From: Aplysia californica
Lineage: Eukaryota
Direction: 5' to 3'
Assembly (NCBI RefSeq): GCF_000002075.1
Contig: NW_004798094.1
Span: 23,430-83,345, forward strand
Length of the DNA stretch: 59,916 nt
Below are positions 38,538 to 51,869 of this stretch, one piece after another. Positions within the stretch are counted from its first letter, which is position 1. Each line of letters opens with the position of its first letter. The notes beneath the pieces were generated by a model. It worked only from the letters and a program-made list of their open reading frames with translations. It made no database searches and was not told the origin of the DNA. Both the position numbers and the translations under genes were made by a program.

Positions 38538-38647
38538 GGAACCCCATGACTGAGTGCATACAAGGGATTGGCTCCTTGATTCAGACAGGATCATCGGAGC
38601 TGAAGGTCCGAGCTCTGCGTGCCATGTCCAGTATTGTTTATTTACAG
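38538..38647 (+). CDS. PSMD5: PSMD5 exon 7 (GNPMTECIQGIGSLIQTGSSELKVRALRAMSSIVYLQ)
   Basis: TTTCAG/GTTAGT; ELKxR motif. Confidence 0.88.
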
Positions 38648-39434
38648 GTTAGTGATGAGTAGCCATGCTTCGAGCACTCGGGTGTTTGGCGGGGCGCTCT
38701 CTGGTGTGGGGTGCTTCTTCTTTCCTATTAAACATCTATCGTCCTTATCTCCCCTTCTTCTTTTTTATGGTTGTTACTCTCTTGTAACATCTCTAATCTT
38801 CTGGCACTCATATGACCTTGTGCAGTTGCGAGCACCGTGAAACCCTCTACTAAAACTAAAAGACGTTTGTGTCGGTGAATGCGCAGCGGGGTTGTCATCA
38901 GGTTGTGAAATGTTTGCTGCTCTGTTTGCTTTCAGAAATACTGGCGTCTGGTTAGATGAGATAAGATAAGACTAGAGGCATCTTTATTGTTTAGATCCTG
39001 GCATATTGGTTTGGTGTTTCACCTTGTACACACACCCATACGTACTTGAACACACCCACTCGCACTCACATGAACACATAAACATATACACACACGCACA
39101 CACACACACAAACTTGTACACACACAGGATCATTGTAATTGGTGAGTAGTATACAAAGTACAAGAAATGATGAAGTGACTTTGAATGTATTTTGATTTCT
39201 TTCTGTGTGGGGTTTTTTTTTTTTAAAGGACGTTGAGACCATAATTGGTATAGTGGAGACTAGACTTCTGAATAAAAAACAAGACATTCTCTACCTCTCA
39301 GTACAGGTTGGCACTGACACGTAGGCTTGAAGCAGCCTGATCTAAATTGTGTTGTGGTTGAGGGAGGGGGTGTAATATCATGTACAGTTGCAATATCTTT
39401 TGTTATCGTTTATCATCGAATCTTTTGTGCGCAG

Positions 39435-39830
39435 GTCGAGCATCAGACGGTGGAACTGCTGACCTTGACAGAGCGTTGGTTCGGCACCTCCATGTCGCTT
39501 CCGTTTGACTCGGTGTGGTCGATAGCCCAGCAGCCGTTCTCCGACCTCCGGATCCCCGCCCTCCACCTCCTGCAAAGCGTGGCGCTGTGCCCGTGGGGGC
39601 AGAAGCTCATGAACAATTGCCCCGGCTTCCGGGAGTACGTCCTGGACAGAGCCACGGAGAACACCAAGGAGGGAAAAGATGAGAAGTTTGAGCTGGTTCG
39701 GATCCTGGCCCATTCTCCGACGGCCGTTGAGATTTTGGGGCGGCCGTATCATGTGAAGTTGATGGAGTATTTCAACCAAGGCCCATTTTTTGTCTTGGCG
39801 CAGTCGGAGGTGGCTTTGGAGGGAGAATGA
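39435..39830 (+). CDS. PSMD5: PSMD5 terminal exon 8 (VEHQTVELL...QPFSDL...PGFREYVLDR...QGPFFVLAQSEVALEGE*)
   Basis: GCAG acceptor, TGA stop; QPF, PW, PGF.EY..DR and GP motifs. Spliced total 502 aa, close to human S5b length. Confidence 0.92.
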   Translation, partial: VEHQTVELLTLTERWFGTSMSLPFDSVWSIAQQPFSDLRIPALHLLQSVALCPWGQKLMNNCPGFREYVLDRATENTKEGKDEKFELVRILAHSPTAVEILGRPYHVKLMEYFNQGPFFVLAQSEVALEGE

Positions 39831-41204
39831 ACGTACGGAATCAAAAGTTAAACCAGATGATGTTGACAGTTTTTTGGGGTAACAGGGAGTGAAAGAGGGT
39901 AATGTTTGTTCTTTGAAGAATGAAAGTTTTTTTTGGGGGGGGGTTTGGTTTTTGAAAGAGAGAAAGTGGTGAAATGTGAAATAGAGCTTGGGCTTCACAT
40001 ACACGAATGCTCTAACTAAACTCTTTGTTTGTCCGTACCGACAGTGGGTGGTGTCTTTGAAGATGTCAGTGAATTGTTCGTGCAAGTCGAAACCAGTACT
40101 GTTTGTTTTAGTGAAAATGAAGTGCCGGTACCAAAGTGTCATTCCAGTCTGTGATATTCTGCAGAAAATTTGAATGGTTTGCATGGTTGCTGATTGTGCC
40201 GTCTGGAATGATTTCTCCTTTGTTGCTGTGCTTCTATTCTGTCTCCAGGTGTCTGTTCTATCTCAACATTGCTAGATGTAAACTTAAAGTGAAACTCGAA
40301 TATAATGAAGGTTGTCCTTGTTTATGAGTTAACTCTTTGAACCTCATCGGAAGCTGGGAGCGTCCAGTACTAGTGACAACCATTTCGTTTTACTTAAGGC
40401 TAGTTTTTGTTTTTTTTTGGCACTATTCCCGAACCAAGTTTTTTAATAATGACTAAGCCTTTGTTTCCGCTATTTAGAAGTTGGAGGCAAACTGTTGGGG
40501 CTATAATGAGACACAGTGCACTAGGTTCAGGTGATTAGAAAAAAATTCCGAGAAAACGGTGGAAAAAACTCAGGGGGCTTAAAGAGTTAAAGCTTTACCG
40601 GCTAGTGACATTTCAAATTGAATCGAAACTTGGGGAAAAATGTATGGAAATACGGTTATAATGAATGTTTTACCCTTGGAAACAAATTAAAAGTACAAAG
40701 CTATTACAATAAATTTTTCAGCAAGACATAAATTAATGTTGTTTTTATAAATGTTTAAATTCTTCATTACTTTCATTTTCCTTTTCATTGAGTAAGTTTT
40801 GTTAAGTACATGAATGGTGAGAGTTCAAAATATGGGAGAGAGACTTCAAAGTGAGACTTTCACACTGTCACAAGTTTCAGATTATAACTGGTAGGGGTAA
40901 GCGAGATATTTTCAAGAAAGATGCCTTTGTTTTATCCTTTGTTTTCCTGTGACACTTAACAGTATCAGAACTTGTGAGCTTGTTTTTTCCATGGTTTGAA
41001 TCTTTTTCTGCTTTAGTCGTTTTTATTCCTTTGTGCAGATGATCTTACGATGTTGTGGTCAGTTTTTATTATATCTTTATCATACGATCTTCCTCCTTCT
41101 CTTCCCCCTCAATCTAAAGAGAATGAATGTTGTGGCCTTATAAAACTTATTGCACCATAAGTCTACCGTGTAGATCTATCTATCTGTTCATGCAAAAACT
41201 GTTC

Positions 41205-41560
41205 AGTCACCAAGATTGTAGATTTTCTACTTTCTGTCTGCAAAAGAAACAAGATTGTGTATGTAAAGAGGTCAATTTAATGCTTTTGATCTTTGTCAAG
41301 AGAAAAATTAAGCTTTGATCCTAAACTTATTAGTAGATTTTCTGTTCTTTCTGTCTGCAAAAGATTCAAGATTGTATGCTAAGAGGCCAATTTATTAATG
41401 CTTTGATAAGTGTCAAGAGAAAAAATTAAGCCTTGATTCTATACTTGTTTGTAGATTTTCCTGCTTTCTGTCTGCAAAAGAAGCAAGATTGTATACAAAG
41501 TGGCCGATTTAATGCTTTGATCTTTGTCGAGAGAAAAATGAAGCATTGATTCTATACATA
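41205..41560. repeat. ~120-bp tandem repeat, 3 units
   Basis: GTAGATTTTC..TTTCTGTCTGCAAAAGA..GTC(A/G)AGAGAAAAA x3. Confidence 0.85.
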
Positions 41561-42381
41561 GTTGTATTACTGTTACTGTTCGTGATATTATTACATTGTT
41601 AAGGGTAACAATTGCCTGGTGTGTTCTGCTATACGCCTACTGAGATTTGTGTTAACAGACGTACTTTTGTTTTGCTTGTTCTGTTTTGAGGTTGTTATTT
41701 TTTTTTCTTAAAGACTTTTAACGCTTTATTTGTGTGCTGTTGGGGTTTGCAGGAATTAGTTTTTGTGTTGCAGTATTTGGGTTTTTGTTTGTTTGTTTTG
41801 TTTAATGTATTATTTTTATCTTATTTGTTATTAAGAATTTTTTTTCTAGAAAGAGAGTTCACTTGCAATAATTTTATAATTTTATACTGTTTTAGTACTA
41901 GATCTAGTATATAAATTCTCCTTTTGACAAATTACTAGAAGTTCTAGGTCGCATTTTTCTTCCCGTTTAACATTAACACTTTAACTTCAAATTAAGAGTT
42001 ATTTTTTGTAGATTTTTCGAGTTACTAGTTATATTATATCTTTAACCTTAACATTTTTTATTACTAGTTACTTTTACCTTCTTTTATTCTTTTATTGCGT
42101 GTTATATTTTGGTTGGCCGTAATGTAAGTAATAAATGTTTCATGATTCATCGTGATATTGAAAATTGTAATAGATTTCCGTTCCTTTTGTCCCGACCCAG
42201 TTCATTTTCACTTTCACCCACCATTGCTTGAAATTAAAGAATGCGATCTGAATGCTGTATTTCATATGAAATTTATTGATTGTTGTTTTCTTGTGGAGGG
42301 GGGGGGGGGATTTTGATCTTGCGTTGCTGCTTTTTTTTCGAGGGGGGAGGGGGTTGTACATTCTTGTACTGTTTATTACTT

Positions 42382-43374
42382 GGGGACCGTTCACAAATGA
42401 CATCACAAGGGGAGGGGGGGGTAGTCCTTACAAAGCTGACGTCAACCAACCTTGATGCTCTTAAAAGTTGGGGAAAAAAAGAAAAGAAAGGAAGATCTTA
42501 TATGAAGATCATACGCGGAAATCTGTCCCCGTGGTTTTATGCACCCCGCATAATTTAGCAAGATATGATCATTTTTTTCATATTTTCTGATTATTTTCCT
42601 TTATCATTCTTTGTTAGAATTATTTCATAATTTCACATTTTTGGGCTCAATTTACATAATTTCAGAATTTTTCTTGCTTAAAACGACGGGGACAGGTAAA
42701 TATAAAGTGCACCCTGTTCAGGTTCTATCTGAATGTACATGTGCATACTGGTTGACGTCAGCTAGGGTGGGAAGGGGGGGTTGTTGTTGTTGTTAGCCAT
42801 CCAGTAGCATCTGAGCGGTCACTCTTCTGCATGATGCCATTCGGTAATAGTTGCATGTTTGTTCTAATTGTTGTCTTGAGGAGTAGAGGCAATTAGATGT
42901 GTGGGGTAGCTTGGGAAGAAAACATCCCCTTAAATCAGTTAGTTTTCTACAGAAAAACAGATGATGTTCCACTGTCTCTGAGGGGTAGTCACATAGTGGG
43001 CAGGCAGCAGACTGCTTTACTCCTATTCGGTTGAGATGTTGGTTGAGGGGTACATGTTGTGTTCTAAGTTGGAAGATTATGGATTGATCTCCCCTCCTCA
43101 ACTCATTGATTGGATCTTTGACCAGTGGTTTATTCATGTGGCCATACATCCTCCTTCCTGTCGTACCTGTGGCCCAATCATTCATCCACTCTTCCTTGAG
43201 GTTTGACTTGATCATTTGGCAGCAGGTGGTGTAGAGGGGGGGGGGGGGTCTGTGAAAGATAACAAAAGATGGCGGGGAGGGGGGGGTCTGTGAAAGATGA
43301 CAGAAGATGACAAGGAGGGGGGAGGGGCATTTTTGGACAAATTTTAGCTGACGTCATTTTTGTGACCGGTCCCT
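42382..43374. mobile_element. TIR element (GGGACCGTTCACAAATGAC / GTCATTTTTGTGACCGGTCCC) hosting a nested MITE and LINE fragment
   Basis: Imperfect inverted termini bracket the two insertions. Confidence 0.55.
42781..43215 (-). mobile_element. I/R1-group non-LTR retrotransposon 3' fragment with CCHC zinc knuckle
   Basis: IFQLRTQHVPLNQHL.RIG...CPLCDYPSETVEHHLFFC; stop followed directly by (CAA)n. Confidence 0.8.
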
Positions 43375-43732
43375 TGGTTTCAGTATCAGTAAAATGCAGG
43401 AGTGTGGGAAATGAGACACCCATTGGACGAGCATGAAGGTGGCAGAATAAATAGCGGGTCTGGCAGTTGAACGGGGTTCCTTTTGTTAATAGCCATATTA
43501 ACAGCGGCTTGGGAACATTCCTTTACAAGGACTTGGACGTCAAACTACTTTTTGGCAATTGCCAAAAACAGGTCTCTTATACCGTTAGTTCATTCATTAG
43601 ATGAAGAACTAATCAAAATTGGTTTGCTAGTTTCGATTTAATGACGTTTTTGTCATTTTTAGATTTAACACCAAAAAAGAGCCCCGACATAGTGGGTTTA
43701 CCCCCCTCGGAGATAAAGATGGAGATCATTCG

Positions 43733-44235
43733 GAGGCTCTCATGGCCTGGAGGTTATGGTGTTGGCCTCTCATTTAAAGGTCCCGGGTTCGAATCTGGGT
43801 AGCGACCGAAAAATGTTCTAAAAAATATCTCCTTTCACCTCCTTTCCTGCTCTCTTGCAATGTTCTGTGGTCTGCTTTCGTCTCCACTTTCCCTCCTCAC
43901 CTCCTTTGCCCCCTCATCTGGGCTCCTGACTCTTTCTGCAGCCTTCTACTGCTTCTCCTTGGCTCCTTCTAAATGCTGTTTTTCAGCCACACCCCTGATC
44001 TTCTGGTAGGAAAGATGTACACCTAGCCTTCTCGGACAAGGGCGAAAAATCTCGGAGGTCCCGTCTGCATGCTGTGCACGTTAAAGATCCCTTGGTGATC
44101 TAAAATCAATCATAGTAGGCTTCGGCCGCCACCCTTGCAAAATTCAAAATTTCCTACAAACTGAATGTATGTGTCCCGCCCGCTCATATGACCTTATGCA
44201 GTTGCGATCCCCGTAAAACGCTTACCGAAAAAAAA
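43733..44235 (+). mobile_element. tRNA-derived SINE family 2 (Deu/Nin-like central domain, I-clade-like tail)
   Basis: A/B boxes (GGTTCGAATC), CGGAGGTCCCG..GCACGTTAAAGATCCC core, GCTCATATGACCTTATGCAGTTGCG tail. Confidence 0.85.
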
Positions 44236-44368
44236 TGAAGTCATTCCCCTATCCACCACACGGGGACGTGCTGGGTTGAGTATTATAACATTACGTCGTA
44301 TGTTCATAAACGACAAGAAACCCGGCAACGAAAAAAAAGAAAAGATAGCTCATCTAAAAATGGCCAAT

Positions 44369-44549
44369 CTGTCCCCGCGGTTTTATGCCCAAAAAAATTA
44401 TGAAGTTATGCAAACTGAGCCCAAAAAACGTGAAATTGTGCGATTCTGTTAATTTTAACAAAGAATGATAAAGTTAAATGATCAGAAATTATGCAAAAAC
44501 GATCAAATTTTGCTAAATTATGTGAGGTGCATAAAACCCTGGGGACAGA
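44369..44549. mobile_element. ~180-bp MITE (CTGTCCCC.GGTTTTATG TIR); other copies 42522-42695, 45635-45790, 52560-52640, 52837-53015
   Basis: TIRs and repeated AAATTATG motifs. Confidence 0.72.
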
Positions 44550-45144
44550 CCCAAGCAAAAAGAACAATCGTTTTATCGCAAGCAAGCAGTCTGGTTTGAA
44601 AAGTAAAGTACCGCGTAAAGGAGATAAAAACAAAACAAAGAAAAAAGAACCAGTAACATCTGTTCTGCATACTGTATCACTGTACATATGTATTTAATCT
44701 GACCCAATGTGCAGACTTCAACATAAGTCAAGGACCTGACAGACAGCCCTTATTTTATTTATTTTTAATCCGAAAAAAAGACAGCAAGGAATGTTTCAAA
44801 ATTTTTTGCTCTGAAAATGTTAATGGGGTTACCAATGCGTACTGCAAAGCTTATTATTTTGCGAGAGAGACAGAGAGAGAGACGCATACACAGACACACA
44901 CATAGACTAGAGAGAGAGAGAGAGAGAGATAGTAGTTCATACAAGAGACAAGAACATTCGCTTCTCTCAAGACATACCAGGTTTCAACGTGCATTGGGTG
45001 TGTCCGGTTCAAATCCGAATGAGTGGGGACTTTTTTCTTTTTTAAAAAGAATTTCAGTAAAGATTTTTATGGCACTTACAACACATTTAGAAGTCGTCTA
45101 AGGGCTGAAGATTAAGATGTTACAAGAGAGTAACAATTACAAAA

Positions 45145-45545
45145 CCATCACGTGCAGCAAGGAAATCTTCGGGGAATTTTAGCCATATTTGCCTTTTTTT
45201 ATCGATTTGTGTGCGACACCATGGACATTCCTCAATTAAAATTTCCTCTGCACGTGATAAACGGACGTATGGTCTCCAACTGTGCTCACTTTGGTGGCAA
45301 TATAACTTATATTATTATTAGCCGCCGTTTGCGCAAAATCCAGTATCGCATCAACATGCCACTAATCGTGCCTCAGCTTTGGCATGGCTGCTGGAGGAAG
45401 TTGGAGCCCGAGAAGTTGCCAGAAGGCTTGCCAGTGTCACATTCTGTCGTTGCCCGCCTGAGGCAGCGCCATCAACTTCTCAAGCCACTGGATCAGTCCA
45501 AGAACGCCCACGTGCAGGTCGACCCATGAAAACCACTCAGAGTGT
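45145..45545 (+). mobile_element. Tc1/mariner 5' fragment (HTH DNA-binding region)
   Basis: GAREVARRL...QATGSVQERPRAGRPMKTT. Confidence 0.7.
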
Positions 45546-45829
45546 TTGCAAGCGGTCCTTAACTTATTATGTTGGTCTATACTACGAATTAAAGTAAGCA
45601 ATTACTAAGACTATCTCCGTCGTTTTGTGCGAGAAAAATTCTGAAATTATGCAAATTGAGCCCAAAAATGTGAAATTATGCACGTGTGTTAATTTTAAAA
45701 AAGAATGATAAAGGAAAATAATCAGAAATGATGCAACAAATGATCAAATTTTGCTAAATTATGCGGAGTGCGTAAAACCACTTGGACAGCTAAGAACCTA
45801 AGAGTGCATCCATCCGTTTGTTTGTTTTT

Positions 45830-46340
45830 GTAAAGTGTTTTACGGCGCTCGCAACTGCATAAGGTCATATGAGCGCGCGGGACACACCTAATACTTTCAG
45901 TTGGTAGGAAATTTTGAATTTTGCCCGGGTGGCGGCCGAAGCCCACTCTTATCGATTTTAGACCTCCAAGGGATCTTTAACGTGCGCAACTTGCGCACGG
46001 GCCCTCCGAGATTTTTCGTCCTTGTCCGAGAAGGCTAGGTGTAGATCTTTCTTACCAGAAGATCAGGGGTGTGGCTGAAAGACAACAGTTAGAGAGAAGA
46101 AGCGAATGAGTAGCAGTAGAAAGGCTGCAGAAAGAATCAGGAGCCCAGAGAAAGGGGCAAAGGGGGTGGGGACAGAAAGAGGAGACGAAAGCAGACGACA
46201 GAACATTGCAAGAGAGCAGGAAATGAGGTGAAAGGAGACAAATTTAGAGAAGAAAATGTTCCGGTCGCTACCCGGATTCGAACTCGGGATCTTTTGAATG
46301 AGAGGCCAGCACCTTAACCTCTAGGCCACGAGAGCCCCCC
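45830..46340 (-). mobile_element. SINE family 2, full-length copy
   Basis: Reverse complement of the 43733 copy. Confidence 0.85.
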
Positions 46341-46728
46341 ACCCGTCCCCATATATCCGTGGTTAACAAGTAAGGAAATCGAAGTAATCCGACTCCATTA
46401 GCATAACCTCACGGATTTTTTATTGTAATAAAACAGACAATTAATTTGACAATTTCTGTAGCGCTCGCTCCATTGTATAATCATACTACCGCTCGCTAAG
46501 CGCTTTACAATACCTTCGCTTTTACATAACGTTGTATGGGCCTTCTATTCACACAATGATACATTTTGAACGTGATNNNNNNNNNNNNNNNNNNNNNNNN
46601 NNNNNNNNNNNNNNNNNNNNNNNNNNNNNNNNNNNNNNNNNNNNNNNNNNNNNNNNNNNNNNNNNNNNNNNNNNNNNNNNNNNNNNNNNNNNNNNNNNNN
46701 NNNNACACATAGACTAGAGAGAGAGACA

Positions 46729-46763
<35 letters not shown>

Positions 46764-47397
46764 CTAGTAGTTCATACAAGAGACAAGAACATTGGCTTCT
46801 TTCAAAACATACCAGGTTTCAACGTGCATTGGGTGTGTCTGGTTCAAATCCGAATGAGTGGGAACTTTTTTCTTTTTTAAAAAGAATTTCAGTAAAGATT
46901 TTTATGGCACTTACAGCACATTTAGAAGTCGTCTAAGGGCTGAAGATTAAGATGTTACAAGAGAGTAACAATTACAAATAAAGCATTAATTTCGGTTTGG
47001 TAGGAATCAATTTTGAATTTTGCTCAGGTGGTGGCCAAAGCCTACTCTTGTCGATTTTAGGACCACTAAGGGATCTTTAACATGCACAACTTTCCCACGG
47101 TTTGGGGGGCGGAAAATTGCGCAAGTTTTATCCTGTAATGCAAAGGATTACTCAATAAGCCGCCCTTCCTTTGTACGGTAAATTACGCAGGTTTCTTAGT
47201 TTGGTATCGATTATGAGGTATCTGTGGTCAAACAGAATCCTGACCTCGACGCCTCGTCCATGTTTATCTGTTTGAGAGTTCACTGAAATTAGTTCAAGTA
47301 GTAGACTGCTCTACCAGGCTTGGTGTTGGAGGGGGTACATTGTGTAGCTGAAAGTACTCGGGCAAGTTTGTCTCAGAAGAACCAGAAAATAAGTAAA

Positions 47398-47558
47398 TGT
47401 AGTGACTCTCCGAACACTCAATTAACTCACAACACAGCAGCTGACATGATCATGACTTCGCACGGACTTGCGAAGTGCTCACACGAAAAACACCACCTGA
47501 CCCGACTGTCCTACACGGGCAGTCGAGTAGAAACTCCAGTGAGTAAAGACCTTCCACA
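47398..47558 (+). repeat. 5' LTR (161 bp, TG...CA)
   Basis: TGTAGTG...CCACA; direct repeat at 51870. Confidence 0.93.
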
Positions 47559-47559
47559 T

Positions 47560-47572
47560 TGGGGACCCCGAC
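47560..47572 (+). promoter_or_regulatory. Primer-binding site, tRNA-Trp-like (TGGGGACCCCGAC)
   Basis: One mismatch to TGGTGACCCCGAC; 1 nt after LTR end. Confidence 0.8.
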
Positions 47573-47678
47573 AAGTTGAAACGCAATTTCAACTTTGTGT
47601 GTTCTTGTCTTGGATTATATTTTGAATTATATTTGAACGGACTTGCGTTCTCGTCACAACCCTTACCAGCCTTTCAAA

Positions 47679-50600
47679 ATGTGTGAACAGGATTATAAAG
47701 TAAGTGCAGTTTCTATTAAACTACCAACATTTTGGACAGCTGGGCCGGAAGCTTGGTTCGCCCAAACTGAAGCGCAATTCGCTCTGCGAAATATAACCCA
47801 AGACGAAACGAAATACTACCATGTTGTCGCCGCTCTCGACAACGGCACAGCAACTCGGGCACTTTCAATTTTAACCAACCCACCAGAAGTCAACAAATAC
47901 AGCACTCTGAAAACATTTTTGTTGTCGTCACATAGTTTGTCTGATCCGGAAAGAACATCAGCGCTCTTTAAATTACAGGAGTTAGGAGACCGTAAGTCGT
48001 CAGAGTTAATGGACTCTATGTTAGGCTTACTGGGAGCGCACGAACCGTGCTTCCTTTTCACACACTTATTCCAACAACAGTTGCCTGAATACGTGAGAGC
48101 CCCCCTGGCAACATTCGACCATCTCGACTGCCGCACGTTAGCACAAGAGGCCGACAAATTATTCCTTGCCGTTGCTCCACCCGCGACACTACTGACCGTA
48201 GATCGCACAACGGCTGCTAGCAAGCTCAGACCTTGCCACTCGACAGGTCTATGCTTTTACCACCATAGATTTGGATCAAACGCCCAAAAATGCCTTCCGC
48301 CAAGCAGTTACAAAGCCTCCAAAAAAGCACCTGCTGCGTTCAGGGAAAAGAGTAGGTGGATCAGCAGAATTCAGTCTGGCTTCAGAACCTTCTGTTGACT
48401 CACAAAAAGCTCAATTGATTATCAGGGACTCTGTCTTTGGCCGCTGTTACATCATCGATACGGGAGCCCAAGTTTCGGTTCTTCCTGCAACATGGCGGGA
48501 CAAACAGGCGAACACTTCAGGCTCTCCACTTTTAGCCGCAAATGGTAGCAAAATCAATACATATGGTGCGCTCAACACCACCATTCGTTTCCAAAACAAT
48601 GCTTTCGACGCCAGGCTTGTCATCGCCGATGTAAAGCGGGCCCTACTTGGTGCTGACTTTCTTCGCCGCCACAACCTACTGGAAGACATTCGTGATCAGA
48701 AACTGATAGAGGCACAATCTTTCAAAGTATACCCATGTACTATCAGTCAGATTTCAGATATCTCAGCTAGCCATAGTGGACCCAGAAAGCAACAAATTTA
48801 GGAAGATATTAACAGAGTTTCCTGAAATCCTCGAGCCAACCTTTTCGGCCTCCGAAGTGAAGCACGATGTTTCTCATTTCCTCCCCACCACTGGTCCACC
48901 CGTACATAATAATAAATAATAATAATAGGTAGCATTTGTATAGCGCATATCCCCGCTCAGCAGCAGGCTCTATGCGCTTTACACTAAATTATTACCCCAG
49001 CAGACCATAGAACACTCCGAAACATTCTCAGCTTCCCGGGAAGCATACAGTGCAAGCAGCCGATTAAGCGCTCAAACACTAACAAACTGACAAGATCTTT
49101 CGCTGTCTATAGCCGGGTACCCATTCCCACCTGGGTGAAGTGAGGAAAATTCGTGTAAAGTGCCTTTCCCAGGGACACAACGTCGGGCCCTTGACGGGAT
49201 TTGAACCCACGACCTTACGGTTGCGAGTCCGAGAGCCTAACCGACGCCACCGACCAAAGCACGTGGACTACCCCCAGACAAACTAACCATTGCCAAAGCT
49301 GAATTCCAGAAAATGGAGGAAATGGGAATTATTAGACGATCTAGCAGTCCCTGGTCTTCACCTCTTCACATGGTTCCGAAAGGTAATGGAGACTGGCGAC
49401 CTTGTGGCGACTACCGTGGACTCAACAATAGAACGACCCCAGATCGTTATCCGATTCCCCAAATTCAAGACTTCTCAGCACGACTCGCTGGCAAAAGTAT
49501 TTTCTCCAAAATATACCTCGTTCGAGGTTACCACCAAATCCCAGTTGCGCAGGAGGACATTCCGAAAACTGCCGTCATCACACCATTCGCCTATACGAAT
49601 TTCTACGCATGCCATTCGGCCTTAGAAACAGACATTCCAGCGTCTTATGGACTCCGTCCTGCCTGACATTTCGTGCGCATTCATCTATCTAGGTGATATA
49701 CTCATTGCCAGTTCACCAGCAGCTCAACATATTAAAGATCTACGTAGTACGACAAGTTTGCGAAAGACTCAGAGAAGCGGGCCTAGTTGTTAGGTTAGAA
49801 AAATACGTGTTTGGAGTGACCGAAATCCAATTTCTAGGCCATCGAGTCACACTAGATGGATCTACCCCACTCCCTTCCAAAGTCAAAGCTACGGAAGAAT
49901 TCCCACAGCTAGCCACTTACAAAGCACTCCAAGAATTTCTGGGAATGCTAAACTTCTACCATTGCTTTCTGCCTCTAGCTGCATCAGTACTACGCCCTCT
50001 CTACGAAGCTCTGAAAGGAGAAAAAAGGAAAACAAAACTTTGCTGGACGGAACAGATGACTACAGCGTTCCAGGCCAGCAAACGTTTGCTTGCCGACTGC
50101 ACTCTCCTCTTGCATCCCAGAACAAACGTTCCTATCGCCTTAACCACCGATGAGTCAGATCACGCAGTTGGCGCTGTCTTCGAACAATATGTCGATGAGG
50201 CCTGGCAACCTTTAGCATTTTTCAGCAGACAACTTCGAGAGACAGAACAACGGTACAGCACATATGATCGGGAGTTATTAGGACTCTATCTTGCCGCCCG
50301 TCACTTCCGATTTTTGCTTGAGGGTAGGTGCTCCACAGCGTTCACCGATCATAAACCTCTGGTGGACGCTATGTCCAAGTTATCCCCACCCTGGTCAGCT
50401 CGCAAGCAACGTCACCTGTCATTCATCTCAGAATTTACCACGGACATACGGCACATTTCAGGGAAGGAGAACCATGTTGCAGACTGTTTGCCCCGAACCA
50501 TTTTCCAGACCACATTAGGAATGGACTACAAAGCAATGGCTGAAGCCCAATGCACTGACACCTCTTCTCCAGACGACAGCGCCTCTTCCCCAGGATTGCG

Positions 50601-51835
50601 CACAGTTTCAATGGCTATCGAATCTGGAGGACCAGAACTGCTGTGTGACATTTCGACCGGACATCCTAGACCAATTTTACCTCCAGCATTTCGTCGACAG
50701 GTCTTCGATTTGTTTTATAGCCTCTCCCACCCAGGAAGGAAGGCTACAGTCCGCCTGATTTCCCAGAGATTTGTTTGGCATGGGCTAAGGAAGGAAGTCA
50801 GCAAGTGGGCCAAGGAATGTACGGACTGCCAAGCTTCCTAAGTGCAAAAGCATACTAAGGCACCCATCGAGAAGATTTCAGTGCCTGAAAAGAGGTTCAG
50901 TCACGTTCATGTCGATTTTGTAGGTCCTTTAACCCCATCGCAGGGCTTCATTCACCTCTTCACAATCATCGACAGAACGTCACGATAGCCAGAGGCTATC
51001 CCACTCAAGGACACCTCGACAACAGAATGTGGCCGTGCGCTAATCAATAACTGGATCGCTTGTTTTGGGATCCCCATCGACATCACATTCGACAGATGCC
51101 CTCAGTTTACTTCTGCCTTGTGGAGAGAGATGGCCGAGCGCCTTGATACCAATCTTCATCATACAACAGCCTATCACCCTCAATCCAATGGACTGATTGA
51201 GCGATTGCACCGGTCCGGTCTTAAGAGTGCTCTCAAAGCAAGACTCCAAAGCCCGAACTGGCTCGATGAACTGGAATGGGTACTGCTAGGTTTGAGGACT
51301 GCCCCAAAAGAGGACCTGGGAACTTCTTGCGCTGAGCTAGTTTATGGAGAACCACTCAGAGTACCGGGCGAATTTTTTACCCGTGACACTTCACATTTGA
51401 TCCCAAATGCAGTCACAACTAGCCAAGGCGACATCACTGCACTGTGCACCTACCTCCAACATCCACTCGTCACTAGACACAGCAAAGTTCGTGTTCATCC
51501 GCTGCGACGCTCATCAAAAAACCCTACAGCGCCCGTGTACTGGTCCGTACAAGGTTTTAGAAAGGCATGATAAAACCTTTCTTGTCGATCTAAGTAGTCA
51601 CGCGGAACACATCTTTGTCGACCGATTCAAACCAGCTTTTGAATGTGTTGCTCAAGCACCAAGACGTGGGCGACCTCCGTCTTCATCGCTTGTGAATCCA
51701 AGCGCAAATACTAACAATTCAACCCAGCCTACCCAAGCTGTACAATCCGCTCCTGTTACTCTTCAGGAACCACAACAAGCAGGCTGGAAGGTCTCACGTT
51801 CAGGACGTATCGTGAGACCACCTCCCCGATTCTAG
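47679..51835 (+). pseudogene. gag-pol of the Gypsy element, disrupted by frameshifts, stops and a SINE
   Basis: ORF track segments 47643-48398, 48271-48801, 49313-49666, 49693-50841, 51118-51570, 51407-51835. Confidence 0.9.
48906..49254 (-). mobile_element. tRNA-derived SINE (family 1; CORE-like centre, L2-like tail, (TTA)n end) inserted into Gypsy pol
   Basis: B-box GGTTCAAATCCC; GTAAAGCGCATAGAG...GCGCTATACAAAT tail; splits PPVH|[11 protein letters not shown]. Confidence 0.88.
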
Positions 51836-51869
51836 AACCTCCTGTCATGTCAGCGCTGGAGGGGGGCCA

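Larger units (their letters stand above)
44896..46978. repeat. ~250-bp direct duplication (44896-45142 vs 46706-46978)
   Basis: Near-identical sequence with a few substitutions. Confidence 0.85.

Noticed and set aside
39378-40184. 268-aa minus-strand ORF
   Set aside because: Antisense shadow of GC-rich PSMD5 exon 8 and its 3'UTR; no recognisable motif
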